From Bacteroidaceae bacterium (GTDB taxonomy: Bacteria; Bacteroidota; Bacteroidia; Bacteroidales; Bacteroidaceae), in NCBI GenBank assembly GCA_017551925.1, contig JAFZKA010000115.1, positions 20,490-84,489 of the forward strand: DNA of 64,000 bases, read 5' to 3'. Position numbers and translations under genes: made by a program. The notes under the pieces were generated by a model. That model saw only the letters and a list, made by a program, of their open reading frames with translations. It was not told the DNA's origin and did not search any database. Shown in pieces: positions 47,179 to 56,235 of the stretch; the stretch's first letter is position 1, and the number at the start of each line of letters is the position of its first letter.

Positions 47179-50100
47179 ATGAAACATATATCACTGTTAT
47201 TCATAGCTGTGGGCTTATTAATTTTTGGCAGCTGCCTAGAGGATAATAAGAGACTTATTTCTATAGAAGAAGACAATACTGTCCCCTTGCATTTTTATGC
47301 TAGGATAGAGTCTCAACCCGATTCCGCAGCTACTAAATCGGCTTTAAGCGGAACATCTACTGATGCTATCCGTAAAGTATTGTGGGAGCCGGCAGATAGT
47401 ATATATGTCACAAACGGTTCAACAAGTGCCAGATTCAATAATGTATTTGAGGAGAATTCAGATGTCGCAGATTTTTCAGGTAAAATAGCATTAGGAACCA
47501 CATATTATGCAGCCTTCCCTTATGGTATAGTATCTGGTTTTGAAGCTTCAAAATTCCAACTTACGTTACCAACAATTCAGCCGTATAAAGTTGATGGCGT
47601 TGGTTCTGAAAGTTTTCCAATGGTGGCTCAGTGTGTTGATAACATTTTTGAATTCAAAAATCTCTGTGGTATTTTGGTCCTTAATCTTACTGGCAATGCA
47701 TCCATTGATTCAATACGCTTTTCAGGAACAGATGATACAGATAAACCTATAAAAGTTTCTGGCGCAGCAAACGTCAACGCAACATATGTAGATATCCCAA
47801 GTTTGGAATTAGATTCCACATCAGTCGATTATGTCCTTTTGAACTGTATAGGTTCTGACGGAAGAGGCGTTACACTTAGTTCAACTACGCCAACTCCTTT
47901 CCATATAGTATTGCCAGCGACTGACTATGCCCATTTTACAGTGGTAATTTATTCTTCTGATCGCAGGAAGATGACAATTAACTCAAAGAAGCCTCTTTCA
48001 ATAAAGAGATCAAAGCGTACTACTGCATCAAATATAGAATACCTGATTGATGATCCTGAATATGAATTCATAGATTTAGGTTTAAGTGTTAACTGGGCTA
48101 CATTCAATGTGGGTGCTTACTATCCAGAGGAGTTTGGTAGTTACTACGCATGGGGTGAAACAACCACCAAGAGCATATATAATTGGTCAACGTATAAGTA
48201 TTGTAATGGGAAGTATAATACACTTACAAAGTATTGCAATAATCCTGAATTTGGCTACAACGGTTTTACTGATGGAAAAGATACTTTAGATTTTATAGAT
48301 GATGTTGCTCGTGTGCAATGGAAAGGCGAATGGCGTATACCAACTATTGATGAATTTAATGAGCTACGAGATAATTGTACAATAATAAATACAACCTTAA
48401 ATGGAGTGAATGGATATTTATTTACAAGTAATGTATCCAAATATAAAGATAAATCTATTTTCATTCCAACTGCTGGATATTATAAAGGGGTAGAAATTAT
48501 TGATCGCGGAACTGTAGCCTATTATAGCACTAACACGTTAATGCTACCTGATGAGAATCCTGCTGTTCCTGAAGTGTTCTTGTTATCCCCCAAGAACAAT
48601 AATTCTTATGCGTCAGGGCGCAGTAATGGATGGCCAATACGTCCTGTATATCCTTCTAATGAATGGCTTGACAAAACAACAATTTCAATAGATAAAGAAG
48701 CTTTATCGTTAAGGCTGGAAGAAAAAAACACTTTAACAGCTGTCATGAAATATGATGCTGATACGGTAATTTATAATATCACATGGTCGTCAGATCACCC
48801 AGAAATTGCTTCTGTTTCATCAAATGGAATGGTTACTGGCTTATCAGCAGGTACTGCAATAATAACTGCTTCTTCTCATGGAAAAAAATCAACTTGTACA
48901 GTGAATGTCAATGGACCTGTATATCAATACGTTGATTTAGGCTTAAGTGTAAACTGGGCTACTTTTAATGTTGGTGCATATGCTCCTGAAGAATATGGAA
49001 ATTATTATGCTTGGGGTGAGATTGCAACTACAACTAGATATGAATCATCAACATCAAAGTGGTGGAATACTTCTAAATATCAACAATATCATTCTACTCT
49101 TGATCCAGAAGATGATGTGGCTCATGTGAAATGGGGTGATAATTGGCGTATGCCTACTGCATCAGAATTTAAAGAATTGCTTGATTATTGCAATGTATCC
49201 CCAACTACAATAAACGGCATAGGAGGTTGGAAATTTATAAGTAAAAAAGAAGGTTATACAGATAAATCCATTTTCTTACCTTATGGGGGATACCGTCAAG
49301 ATTATAATTTAAACTATCTGGGATCTAATGGCTATTACTGGTCAAGCACCTCATGCACAGAAGGATCATACATAAAATATTATGCGGGATACTTGTGGTT
49401 TAAACGTGAAGGGATGGGAGATATATCGTATAATGAGAGGTATATTGGTAGAAATGTTCGCCCCGTTTATCCAAAACAGAATGTAACATCTATTTTGTTG
49501 AACAAGAGCGAAGCAACTTTGGCTGTTGGGAAAAATGACAGCCTTGTTGCTACTATAAAAGATGGCAACAACACTATTCAAAGTATAGTATTTTGGTCGT
49601 CTAATAACACAGATATTGTCACTGTCGATGCAAATGGAAAAATAACAGCAGTTGCTATAGGTGAAGCTGTAATAACTGCAGAATGTCAAGGGAAAACCGC
49701 AACGTGTACTGTAACAACAACACTCCCAGAACCAGAATATGTTGATCTGGGCTTAAGTGTAAACTGGGCTACATTCAACGTCGGTGCTCATTTCCCAGAA
49801 GAACATGGTAATTATTATGCATGGGGTGAGATAAATACCAAATCTAGTTATACATGGTCTAATTACAAATGGAATACTGGTAGTAATAATACAGGGTTTA
49901 CAAAGTATTGTGTTGATAGCTATTATGGTGATGGCGGTTTGGTAGATTACTTAACAACTTTGAGTACTGAAGATGATGCCGCCAGTAACACATGGGGTGG
50001 AGATTGGCGTATGCCTTCAAATGATGAAATATACGAACTCATCAATAACTGCACATGGGTGTGGACAACATATAAAGATATAAATGGCTATTTGATAACA

Positions 50101-52920
50101 AGCAAAATACAGGGTTATACAAACAATAATATATTCTTACCAGTAACAGGCGAGTTTGCAGATAAATTATACGATAATACAACAGAAGGATATTATTGGT
50201 CAAATTCATTAAGTCCGGAAGGATATGGAAAGTCATCCACTTCTTGGGGTCTACGTATAAATAAAGATTACTATACTAAGAGTAGTTATATGAGAAATGA
50301 AGGTTTTGCCATTCGTGCTGTAACGCCTTCAGAAACTTGGCTGAACAATGTATCAATCGCACTTAACTATAACTCACAAACAGTTGTAATGAGAGATTCA
50401 TGTGATCTAATAGCAACTGTAAAACACTGCAATGATGTGATTAACAGAAAAGTCACTTGGTCCTCCACAAATCCGTCTATTGCTACAGTTAGCGAAACTG
50501 GTGTAGTTACAGGTATAACTGTAGGTACCACTCTTATAACCGCCACATGTTTAGGTAAAACTGCAACATGCACAATTACAGTAACTCTTCCTGAACCAAA
50601 ATATGTGGATTTAGGCCTAAGCGTCAACTGGGCTACTTTTAATATTGGTTCCCATTTCCCAGAAGAAAGTGGTGATTATTATGCTTGGGGTGAAACAGAA
50701 ATTATTAGTGTTAGTGATTGGGCTAATTACAAATACTGCAATGGTACGAAGAAAACACTTACAAAATACAATACAATCAAGGATTATGGTACTGTTGATA
50801 ATGTAACTGTTCTTAGTATGGTAGATGATGTGGCTGCCAATGTATGGGGTGGAAATTGGCGTTTACCCACTAAGGAAGAAATAGAAGAACTTATAAACAA
50901 TTGCAATTGGACATGGACAACTCTAAATGATATTTATGGTTACGTTGTTAAGAGTACAATAAGTGGTTATACTGATCAAATGATTTTCTTACCAGCAGCA
51001 GGATATTATTATGACTCTTCTCATAATTTGCAAGTTGGCAATAAAGGATACTATTGGTCAAGTTCACTCTATTCAGAAGGTCCTGATTTATCATGGATTA
51101 TTGCAACAGGTTCTAATGAAATAAAAACAGCCAAGAGTGAACGTATAACCGGTCATTCGGTACGTCCTGTTTGTACGTCTGAAACATGGTTGAGTAATGT
51201 ATCAATATCACTTAATAGTAATTCTCAAACCATAATTCAGGGCTCTTCAAATACATTAATTGCTACAGTAAAACATAATAATGATATAATAGACCGTGTA
51301 GTTTCATGGTCTTCCAGCAATCCAAGCATTGCTACTGTAGATAACAATGGTGTAGTTATCGGATTATCAGCAGGTTCCACCATTGTTACGGCAACATGTT
51401 TGAATAAGTCTGTTTCATGTTCTATAACTATAATAGAACCTCAATATGATTATGTTGATTTAGGTCTCAGTGTCAATTGGGCAACCTTTAATGTAGGAGC
51501 AAATAATCCAAAAGAATATGGCGATTATTTCGCTTGGGGAGAAATTGAACCGTATTATGAAACTGGTTATGCAATGGAAAATCCTCAATCACATTGGAAA
51601 GCAGGGAAAACTAACGGTTATAATTGGTCTTCTTACAAATGGGGTGATCCAAATAACTTGACAAAATATAACACGCAGAATGACAAGGGTATTGTTGATA
51701 ATAAAACTAGTCTTGACCTTGAAGATGATGTTGCACATATTAAATGGGGCAATAACTGGCGTATGCCAACAAAGGAAGAATGGAAAGAATTAAAAAACAA
51801 CTGTACATGGACATATATTTCGGATGGTGTTAATGCATACCGTGTAACTAGTAATGTCCCAGGATATGAAGGAAATTCTATATTATTGCCGTTTGGTGGT
51901 CATCGCTATGAAGCAAGTCTTAATAGTGTAGATATAGCGGGGTATTATTGGGCCAGTTCTATATTGACAAACATGCCGGGCGAATCATATTCCGTATTAT
52001 TAAATATTAGTAAAGCAAATGTGGATGATGATATGAGTCGTTGTGTCGGTTATTCGGTTAGACCTGTATTAACTTCTGGGACATGGATAAACGATTTATC
52101 AATAAATCTCAATGTAAATAATGTATCATTATTTGTCTACGAAACTATAGAACTCTCAGCAACTGTTAAGAAAGGTAATGATATAATAGATCGGGAAGTT
52201 TCATGGGCATCCAGCAATACAAGTATTGCATCGGTCGATAATAATGGCGTGGTAACTGGTATATCAGAAGGCTCTGCAATAATCTCTGCTACATGTTTGA
52301 GTAAAACCGTAACATGTATTGTGACTGTATCTGCTCCCGAATATGTAGATTTAGGCTTAAGCGTAAAATGGGCAACAAGTAACGTAGGCGCTAATAATCC
52401 AGAGGAATATGGGGATTGTTACGCTTGGGGCGAAATTGAAACCAAAGGTGGTACATATACATGGGATTCTTACAAATATGATAATGGGACGTATAATAAC
52501 ATACGATTAACCAAATATTGCACAAATAAAAACTATGGATACAATAATTTTGTAGATAACAAGATGGTTCTTGACCTTGAAGACGATGTAGCACATGTCA
52601 AATGGGGCGGAAATTGGCGTATGCCCACCTATGCGGAAATAGCTGAACTTAGTAGTAATTGCACTTTTTTATGGACAGAAAGGAATGGTGTAGAAGGTTA
52701 TCTCGTAACTAGTAACGTTTCTGGTTATACAGGTCGATCTATCTTCCTTCCGCTTCAATCCGAAGAGAATAATAAATATTGGACAAGTACTCTGTATCAA
52801 AAAAGTCAGAGTTCCTATTCTGGAGCTGCCTGGACTTTTAAGTATGGTGAATCGGATAACATAGGAATAATGTACTATGACCGCTATAATAAAGGTCTTG
52901 TACGCCCAGTTTGTCCATAA
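47179..52920 (+). CDS. Giant lipoprotein: fimbrillin-like N-domain + 6 lectin-like (FISUMP/DUF1566-like) modules alternating with 5 Big_2 domains
   Basis: The ATG at 47179 gives MKHISLLFIAVGLLIFGSCLED (lipobox). Six copies of VDLGLSVNWATFNVGA..PEE.G.YYAWGE...WRMPT..E..EL...GYYWSS. Five Big_2 domains (e.g. VTWSSTNPSIATVSETGVVTGITVGTTLITATC). Confidence 0.8.
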   Translation: MKHISLLFIAVGLLIFGSCLEDNKRLISIEEDNTVPLHFYARIESQPDSAATKSALSGTSTDAIRKVLWEPADSIYVTNGSTSARFNNVFEENSDVADFSGKIALGTTYYAAFPYGIVSGFEASKFQLTLPTIQPYKVDGVGSESFPMVAQCVDNIFEFKNLCGILVLNLTGNASIDSIRFSGTDDTDKPIKVSGAANVNATYVDIPSLELDSTSVDYVLLNCIGSDGRGVTLSSTTPTPFHIVLPATDYAHFTVVIYSSDRRKMTINSKKPLSIKRSKRTTASNIEYLIDDPEYEFIDLGLSVNWATFNVGAYYPEEFGSYYAWGETTTKSIYNWSTYKYCNGKYNTLTKYCNNPEFGYNGFTDGKDTLDFIDDVARVQWKGEWRIPTIDEFNELRDNCTIINTTLNGVNGYLFTSNVSKYKDKSIFIPTAGYYKGVEIIDRGTVAYYSTNTLMLPDENPAVPEVFLLSPKNNNSYASGRSNGWPIRPVYPSNEWLDKTTISIDKEALSLRLEEKNTLTAVMKYDADTVIYNITWSSDHPEIASVSSNGMVTGLSAGTAIITASSHGKKSTCTVNVNGPVYQYVDLGLSVNWATFNVGAYAPEEYGNYYAWGEIATTTRYESSTSKWWNTSKYQQYHSTLDPEDDVAHVKWGDNWRMPTASEFKELLDYCNVSPTTINGIGGWKFISKKEGYTDKSIFLPYGGYRQDYNLNYLGSNGYYWSSTSCTEGSYIKYYAGYLWFKREGMGDISYNERYIGRNVRPVYPKQNVTSILLNKSEATLAVGKNDSLVATIKDGNNTIQSIVFWSSNNTDIVTVDANGKITAVAIGEAVITAECQGKTATCTVTTTLPEPEYVDLGLSVNWATFNVGAHFPEEHGNYYAWGEINTKSSYTWSNYKWNTGSNNTGFTKYCVDSYYGDGGLVDYLTTLSTEDDAASNTWGGDWRMPSNDEIYELINNCTWVWTTYKDINGYLITSKIQGYTNNNIFLPVTGEFADKLYDNTTEGYYWSNSLSPEGYGKSSTSWGLRINKDYYTKSSYMRNEGFAIRAVTPSETWLNNVSIALNYNSQTVVMRDSCDLIATVKHCNDVINRKVTWSSTNPSIATVSETGVVTGITVGTTLITATCLGKTATCTITVTLPEPKYVDLGLSVNWATFNIGSHFPEESGDYYAWGETEIISVSDWANYKYCNGTKKTLTKYNTIKDYGTVDNVTVLSMVDDVAANVWGGNWRLPTKEEIEELINNCNWTWTTLNDIYGYVVKSTISGYTDQMIFLPAAGYYYDSSHNLQVGNKGYYWSSSLYSEGPDLSWIIATGSNEIKTAKSERITGHSVRPVCTSETWLSNVSISLNSNSQTIIQGSSNTLIATVKHNNDIIDRVVSWSSSNPSIATVDNNGVVIGLSAGSTIVTATCLNKSVSCSITIIEPQYDYVDLGLSVNWATFNVGANNPKEYGDYFAWGEIEPYYETGYAMENPQSHWKAGKTNGYNWSSYKWGDPNNLTKYNTQNDKGIVDNKTSLDLEDDVAHIKWGNNWRMPTKEEWKELKNNCTWTYISDGVNAYRVTSNVPGYEGNSILLPFGGHRYEASLNSVDIAGYYWASSILTNMPGESYSVLLNISKANVDDDMSRCVGYSVRPVLTSGTWINDLSINLNVNNVSLFVYETIELSATVKKGNDIIDREVSWASSNTSIASVDNNGVVTGISEGSAIISATCLSKTVTCIVTVSAPEYVDLGLSVKWATSNVGANNPEEYGDCYAWGEIETKGGTYTWDSYKYDNGTYNNIRLTKYCTNKNYGYNNFVDNKMVLDLEDDVAHVKWGGNWRMPTYAEIAELSSNCTFLWTERNGVEGYLVTSNVSGYTGRSIFLPLQSEENNKYWTSTLYQKSQSSYSGAAWTFKYGESDNIGIMYYDRYNKGLVRPVCP
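48073..52917 (+). repeat. Six ~810-890-bp coding repeat modules
   Basis: The conserved ga[tc][tc]t[ag]gg[tc][tc]t[aac]ag[tc]gt..aa[ac]tgggc motif starts at 48073, 48934, 49744, 50608, 51457 and 52348. Confidence 0.8.
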
Positions 52921-53032
52921 GGCAAACTATCTACGTAAGTCTTAATTAATTATTACATTATAAGCCGCCCCTGAGCGCTCAAAAGTACTCAAAGGCGGCT
53001 TTCCAATCAAAGGAACAATCACCCCAAGGCCA

Positions 53033-53194
53033 TCATTCCCCTTCCCCCTCAATCTCCACAAACCGCGCCTCAATAACCGTATCCCGGTAAATATCCACGC
53101 TACTCTCCCGGCTGTTATCAGACCAGAATCTGCTATGCCATCCGGCAAACCGCCATCCTTCATTAGGCGTAGCAATCAGATCAACTCGCTCATC
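53033..53194 (-). pseudogene. C-terminal fragment resembling an InlB B-repeat / Listeria-Bacteroides repeat domain
   Basis: ..AYDERVDLIATPNEGWRFAGWHSRFW..SVDIYRDTVIEARF resembles the A.P..GY.F.GW pattern. No credible N-terminus. Abuts the putative IS66 end. Confidence 0.25.
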
Positions 53195-53578
53195 GTAAGC
53201 ATTCGATAAAGTACAGGTATTAGTACCTAATAGTAGCAACAACAGTAGTTACATCTTGCACCTTTATATGTAACTGCTGTTGTTGTCTTATTGTAGTTTT
53301 ACTATTGCTTCTCCTGTTTCTCTTTTTTCAGGATTGCCTCGGGGTGCCTGTTTATCCATTTATGTGGCAGCATCTGTAGCAGTTCCTCCTTTGTTGCCTT
53401 TGATTGATACGGCATGTCTGCAATCACGCTGTTCAGATAGAGCCTGGGGTTCACGTTATGCGCCTTGCAGGTTGCAAGCAGCGAACAGATGACAGCCATG
53501 TTTCCCGCCGCCTCGTGATTGCCGCAGAAGAGGTAGTTGTTTCTGCCCAGGGTTATCGGGCCTGGCCCCTTTTGTACC
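53195..53578 (-). mobile_element. IS66-family remnant (transposase C-terminal ~90 codons plus probable terminal region)
   Basis: The minus-strand translation GPGPITLGRNNYLFCGNHEAAGNMAVICSLLATCKAHNVNPRLYLNSVIADM matches the conserved IS66 TnpC C-terminus, with stop at 53302. The upstream part is missing and the AbiEii stop abuts at 53579. gtaagc at 53195 could be the GTAA-type IS end. An 18-bp hairpin lies at 53237..53285. Confidence 0.7.
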
Positions 53579-54634
53579 TTATAATAATTGGCTGATTTTT
53601 GCCCAATAATAGAATGCCTCTGGCTGTGCCAAACGCAACTTGTTCAGTTTGTTGGTCACCGTCGGCTGCAGGTCGGTGGCTTCCATAGCGGGGGCATAGG
53701 TCTGGATGGTATCAGCTCCTTTCTCAATTGCGGTGGCCAGGTATGCTGCCTTGGCGGCATCGGTTATGGCATTTTCTATGTAGTATTTGTTCTGATACAT
53801 AAAAGGGCGTATAAAATTGATACCCTTTTGCAGTGCATCAAAATCACCTTGTCCGGCTTTACCTCTTGTGGCAAGGCATAATGCGGTATCGCGTATGTCC
53901 TGGAATACCGGTGCCGCATCGGCAGGCAGATGCTTATATGCCAGTTCTATTGGAACTATCCGGTCAAACACCTTCTTTACTGTGGCCAGGCTTGTCATGT
54001 TGTCAAACAGACGGCCCACGTCATAGAGTTGCTTAATCACTTCCACAAACTTGGGGTTCCCGTTCTTATAGTATGGTATGCCCGATGTGTTGGGCGCAAA
54101 GGCGGTCAGCTTGTCGGCAAGAATATCATTGACAGAAGGTATCTGTACCGTCATGGGCTCGCCTTCTACGAGTATGAACGGACTCTCCACTTTCAGGGTT
54201 TCAACCTTCTCATATTGGGCATCTTCATAAAGTATGTCCAACAGAATGGTTTCAGTCCGTTCCGTTTGTGACAAGTACGCTACTCTGTAGTGCAGTTTCT
54301 CATGTGATTTTGGTACTGCCGTTCCGCGCTGCTCACGTTCTATCGTCTCACGGCCTATAAAACCGTATTCCGGGAATTTTGCCAGATACTTCTCTATATC
54401 AGTACCAGGTGGGCATACTATATCCACATCTATGCTCAGTCTGTGCAGGCCGGAACCCAGCAGGAGCATCAGGCATGATCCGCCCTTCCATATATAAGGA
54501 CAGCCTGATTCACTGAGCATATTCACAAGTGAAAAAGCCCGGATAACCTTCTCAATAAGGTTCAAATCGTTGTAATGTAAGCGGTTGCTTACTGTTTCAA
54601 TCCATTCTTTGGTAAAACATTCTTTGCGTATCAT
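53579..54634 (-). CDS. AbiEii/AbiGii-family nucleotidyltransferase toxin (type IV TA / abortive infection)
   Basis: YIWKGGSCLMLLLGSGLHRLSIDVDIVCP matches the GGTAL..R.S.D.D motif of DUF1814/AbiEii. 4-nt overlap with the upstream AbiEi-like gene. Confidence 0.75.
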   Translation of the reverse strand: MIRKECFTKEWIETVSNRLHYNDLNLIEKVIRAFSLVNMLSESGCPYIWKGGSCLMLLLGSGLHRLSIDVDIVCPPGTDIEKYLAKFPEYGFIGRETIEREQRGTAVPKSHEKLHYRVAYLSQTERTETILLDILYEDAQYEKVETLKVESPFILVEGEPMTVQIPSVNDILADKLTAFAPNTSGIPYYKNGNPKFVEVIKQLYDVGRLFDNMTSLATVKKVFDRIVPIELAYKHLPADAAPVFQDIRDTALCLATRGKAGQGDFDALQKGINFIRPFMYQNKYYIENAITDAAKAAYLATAIEKGADTIQTYAPAMEATDLQPTVTNKLNKLRLAQPEAFYYWAKISQLL

Positions 54635-55344
54635 AGTATGTATGGTTTTATTGCGGCGGTTATTTCCTGCAGTTTGCCGCGGCGGCCGGCGTAACGCAAT
54701 AAGCGTGACTGGTTGACGGTAAAAAGACTGAATGCGTTCTCAATCATATATTGCCATTCGCCTCCCTGCAGGTAATTAAAGTCTTCATCACATAATGTAT
54801 CAACAAGCAGTTTCTCCAGTGTTGGCATTGGAATGCCAGATTCCACAGTGATGGGTGAACCTGATATAATGGACTTGATTATTATTCCGGGCTGGGACAG
54901 ATCTATGTAGTTCTGCATAACTTCACGTGATGGCTTAAGCCACACTTTATCACTTGTTTCCTTCAGTCTGTGGAACAATATCTCAGTCAGTTCACGCGGA
55001 ACTTCAATGTAAGTCACCGCGTTGTATGCAAGATGATGCAGTAGCGGCGACAGGATAGTACCATTGTAATAACAAGTCTTGGCAGATGGATAAATTTTGT
55101 TAATCTCCTTTGCCAGTGTTATCAGATTTTCGCCCGGTTCATTCCGGAACTCCTGCTTCCCCTGGACAGAATAAACACCACGTCCCGTACGGAACAACTT
55201 ACCTTCAACAGTCAGTTTATGGAGTGTCCAGTTTACGGTTGTCTCTGTAAAACCACTATACGCGGCATCAAGAAGCAAATTCGCTGCTCGGAATGCATCC
55301 TTCTTGGATGAATACTCAATTATATATTTTTCGCAACTTGTCAT
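54631..55344 (-). CDS. AbiEi-family antitoxin/transcriptional regulator
   Basis: N-terminal winged-helix (TVNWTLHKLTVEGKLFRTGRGVYSV) and its position upstream of AbiEii. The ATG at 55344 is preferred. A longer ORF starts at ATG 55413. Confidence 0.65.
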   Translation of the reverse strand: MTSCEKYIIEYSSKKDAFRAANLLLDAAYSGFTETTVNWTLHKLTVEGKLFRTGRGVYSVQGKQEFRNEPGENLITLAKEINKIYPSAKTCYYNGTILSPLLHHLAYNAVTYIEVPRELTEILFHRLKETSDKVWLKPSREVMQNYIDLSQPGIIIKSIISGSPITVESGIPMPTLEKLLVDTLCDEDFNYLQGGEWQYMIENAFSLFTVNQSRLLRYAGRRGKLQEITAAIKPYIL

Positions 55345-55455
55345 AGCGGCGCAAAGATAACTATAAAATGTCAATATTTCAATAAATTGACAAAATATAG
55401 CGAAGTGATTCATATTAATTAGGTATTAATTGGTTAAACTTCATGATATCAATAA

Positions 55456-55503
55456 CAAAGGGTGCTCCAATCTGACACCTAATGCCTGGCGGAACACCCT
55501 TTG
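55456..55503. promoter_or_regulatory. Inverted repeat upstream of the abiE pair (candidate operator)
   Basis: caaagggtgctcc (55456..55468) and ggaacaccctttg (55491..55503) are complementary at 12 of 13 positions, with a 22-nt spacer. Confidence 0.3.
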
Positions 55504-55710
55504 GTATCAGATACTGCAAAAGTAGTAAATTTTGTCTGCAGTAGGGCTCTTTCCGTGGACAAAATCTTCACCATTTTTTCTATGAGAAACTGGGTTACAC
55601 CATAGACCCCTCATGCCCTCAGATTCAAGGCGACACATTCTGCTGAATCCGCATGACCAAACCCATTTGACGCAAAAGGATCGCATCCCTGTATCACAGT
55701 TGTAAAAAGA

Positions 55711-55860
55711 TCAGAACGTGGCGGCCAGCCATTCTCCAAAGAAGCGGTCGTAAATGATATAGCCGTTATCGGAACGATAAATGACCTCATCGTCAATCAG
55801 GCGTGAAAGTGCGCTTTTTACGCTGCTGGTTGCGGTGAGGCCGTATGTAAAGTTCTGATT
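55711..55860 (-). pseudogene. C-terminal fragment of an ATPase-associated (DUF234-like) winged-helix domain
   Basis: The minus-strand frame reads ..FTYGLTATSSVKSALSRLIDDEVIYRSDNGYIIYDRFFGEWLAATF*. It has no start codon and an in-frame stop ~60 codons upstream. Confidence 0.3.
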
Positions 55861-55896
55861 TTGGTTGTCACTTTTTTGTCTTAAGACTAAACCAAG

Positions 55897-55926
55897 TTGA
55901 CAGGTATTAAAAAAGTGTTATATTTG
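55897..55926 (+). promoter_or_regulatory. Candidate promoter of the ParE-type TA pair
   Basis: ttgaca (55897..55902), a 16-nt spacer, then tatatttg (55919..55926). The second box fits both TATAAT-like and Bacteroidetes TAnnTTTG consensus. The ATG lies 33 nt downstream. Confidence 0.45.
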
Positions 55927-55958
55927 CAATATCTAATCACTAAAAGTAAAGACGCAAA

Positions 55959-56234
55959 ATGAGTACAACTACATTACAAGGCTTGTTGGATTATCTGACC
56001 GGCACTCTTAGCACAAGCAATATGCTTTGGCTTAGTGAGCGGTTGACTGACTATGCCAAGAAAAATGAAGAACAGCACCTAAAACCTTACACCATGGAGG
56101 AGATTCGTGCACGTATAGCAGAAGCAGAACGCGAATCGGCTGCGGGACTTGGAATTGACAGCGAAGAGATGGTCCGTGAGTTGGAAGCTGAATTTGCAGA
56201 AGAAGACATGAAAGACACAAACAAGTTAAAATAG
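55959..56234 (+). CDS. Putative antitoxin of the ParE/RelE pair (acidic C-terminus)
   Basis: 91 aa. Its stop is 1 nt before the toxin ATG. Contains the segment PYTMEEIRARIAEAERESAAG.. Confidence 0.55.
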   Translation: MSTTTLQGLLDYLTGTLSTSNMLWLSERLTDYAKKNEEQHLKPYTMEEIRARIAEAERESAAGLGIDSEEMVRELEAEFAEEDMKDTNKLK

Positions 56235-56235
56235 T

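Noticed and set aside
52942-53175. A 77-aa minus-strand ORF downstream of the giant lipoprotein gene.
   Set aside because: It overlaps the InlB-repeat-like fragment in another frame, has no recognisable features, and lies in a region of obvious gene decay.
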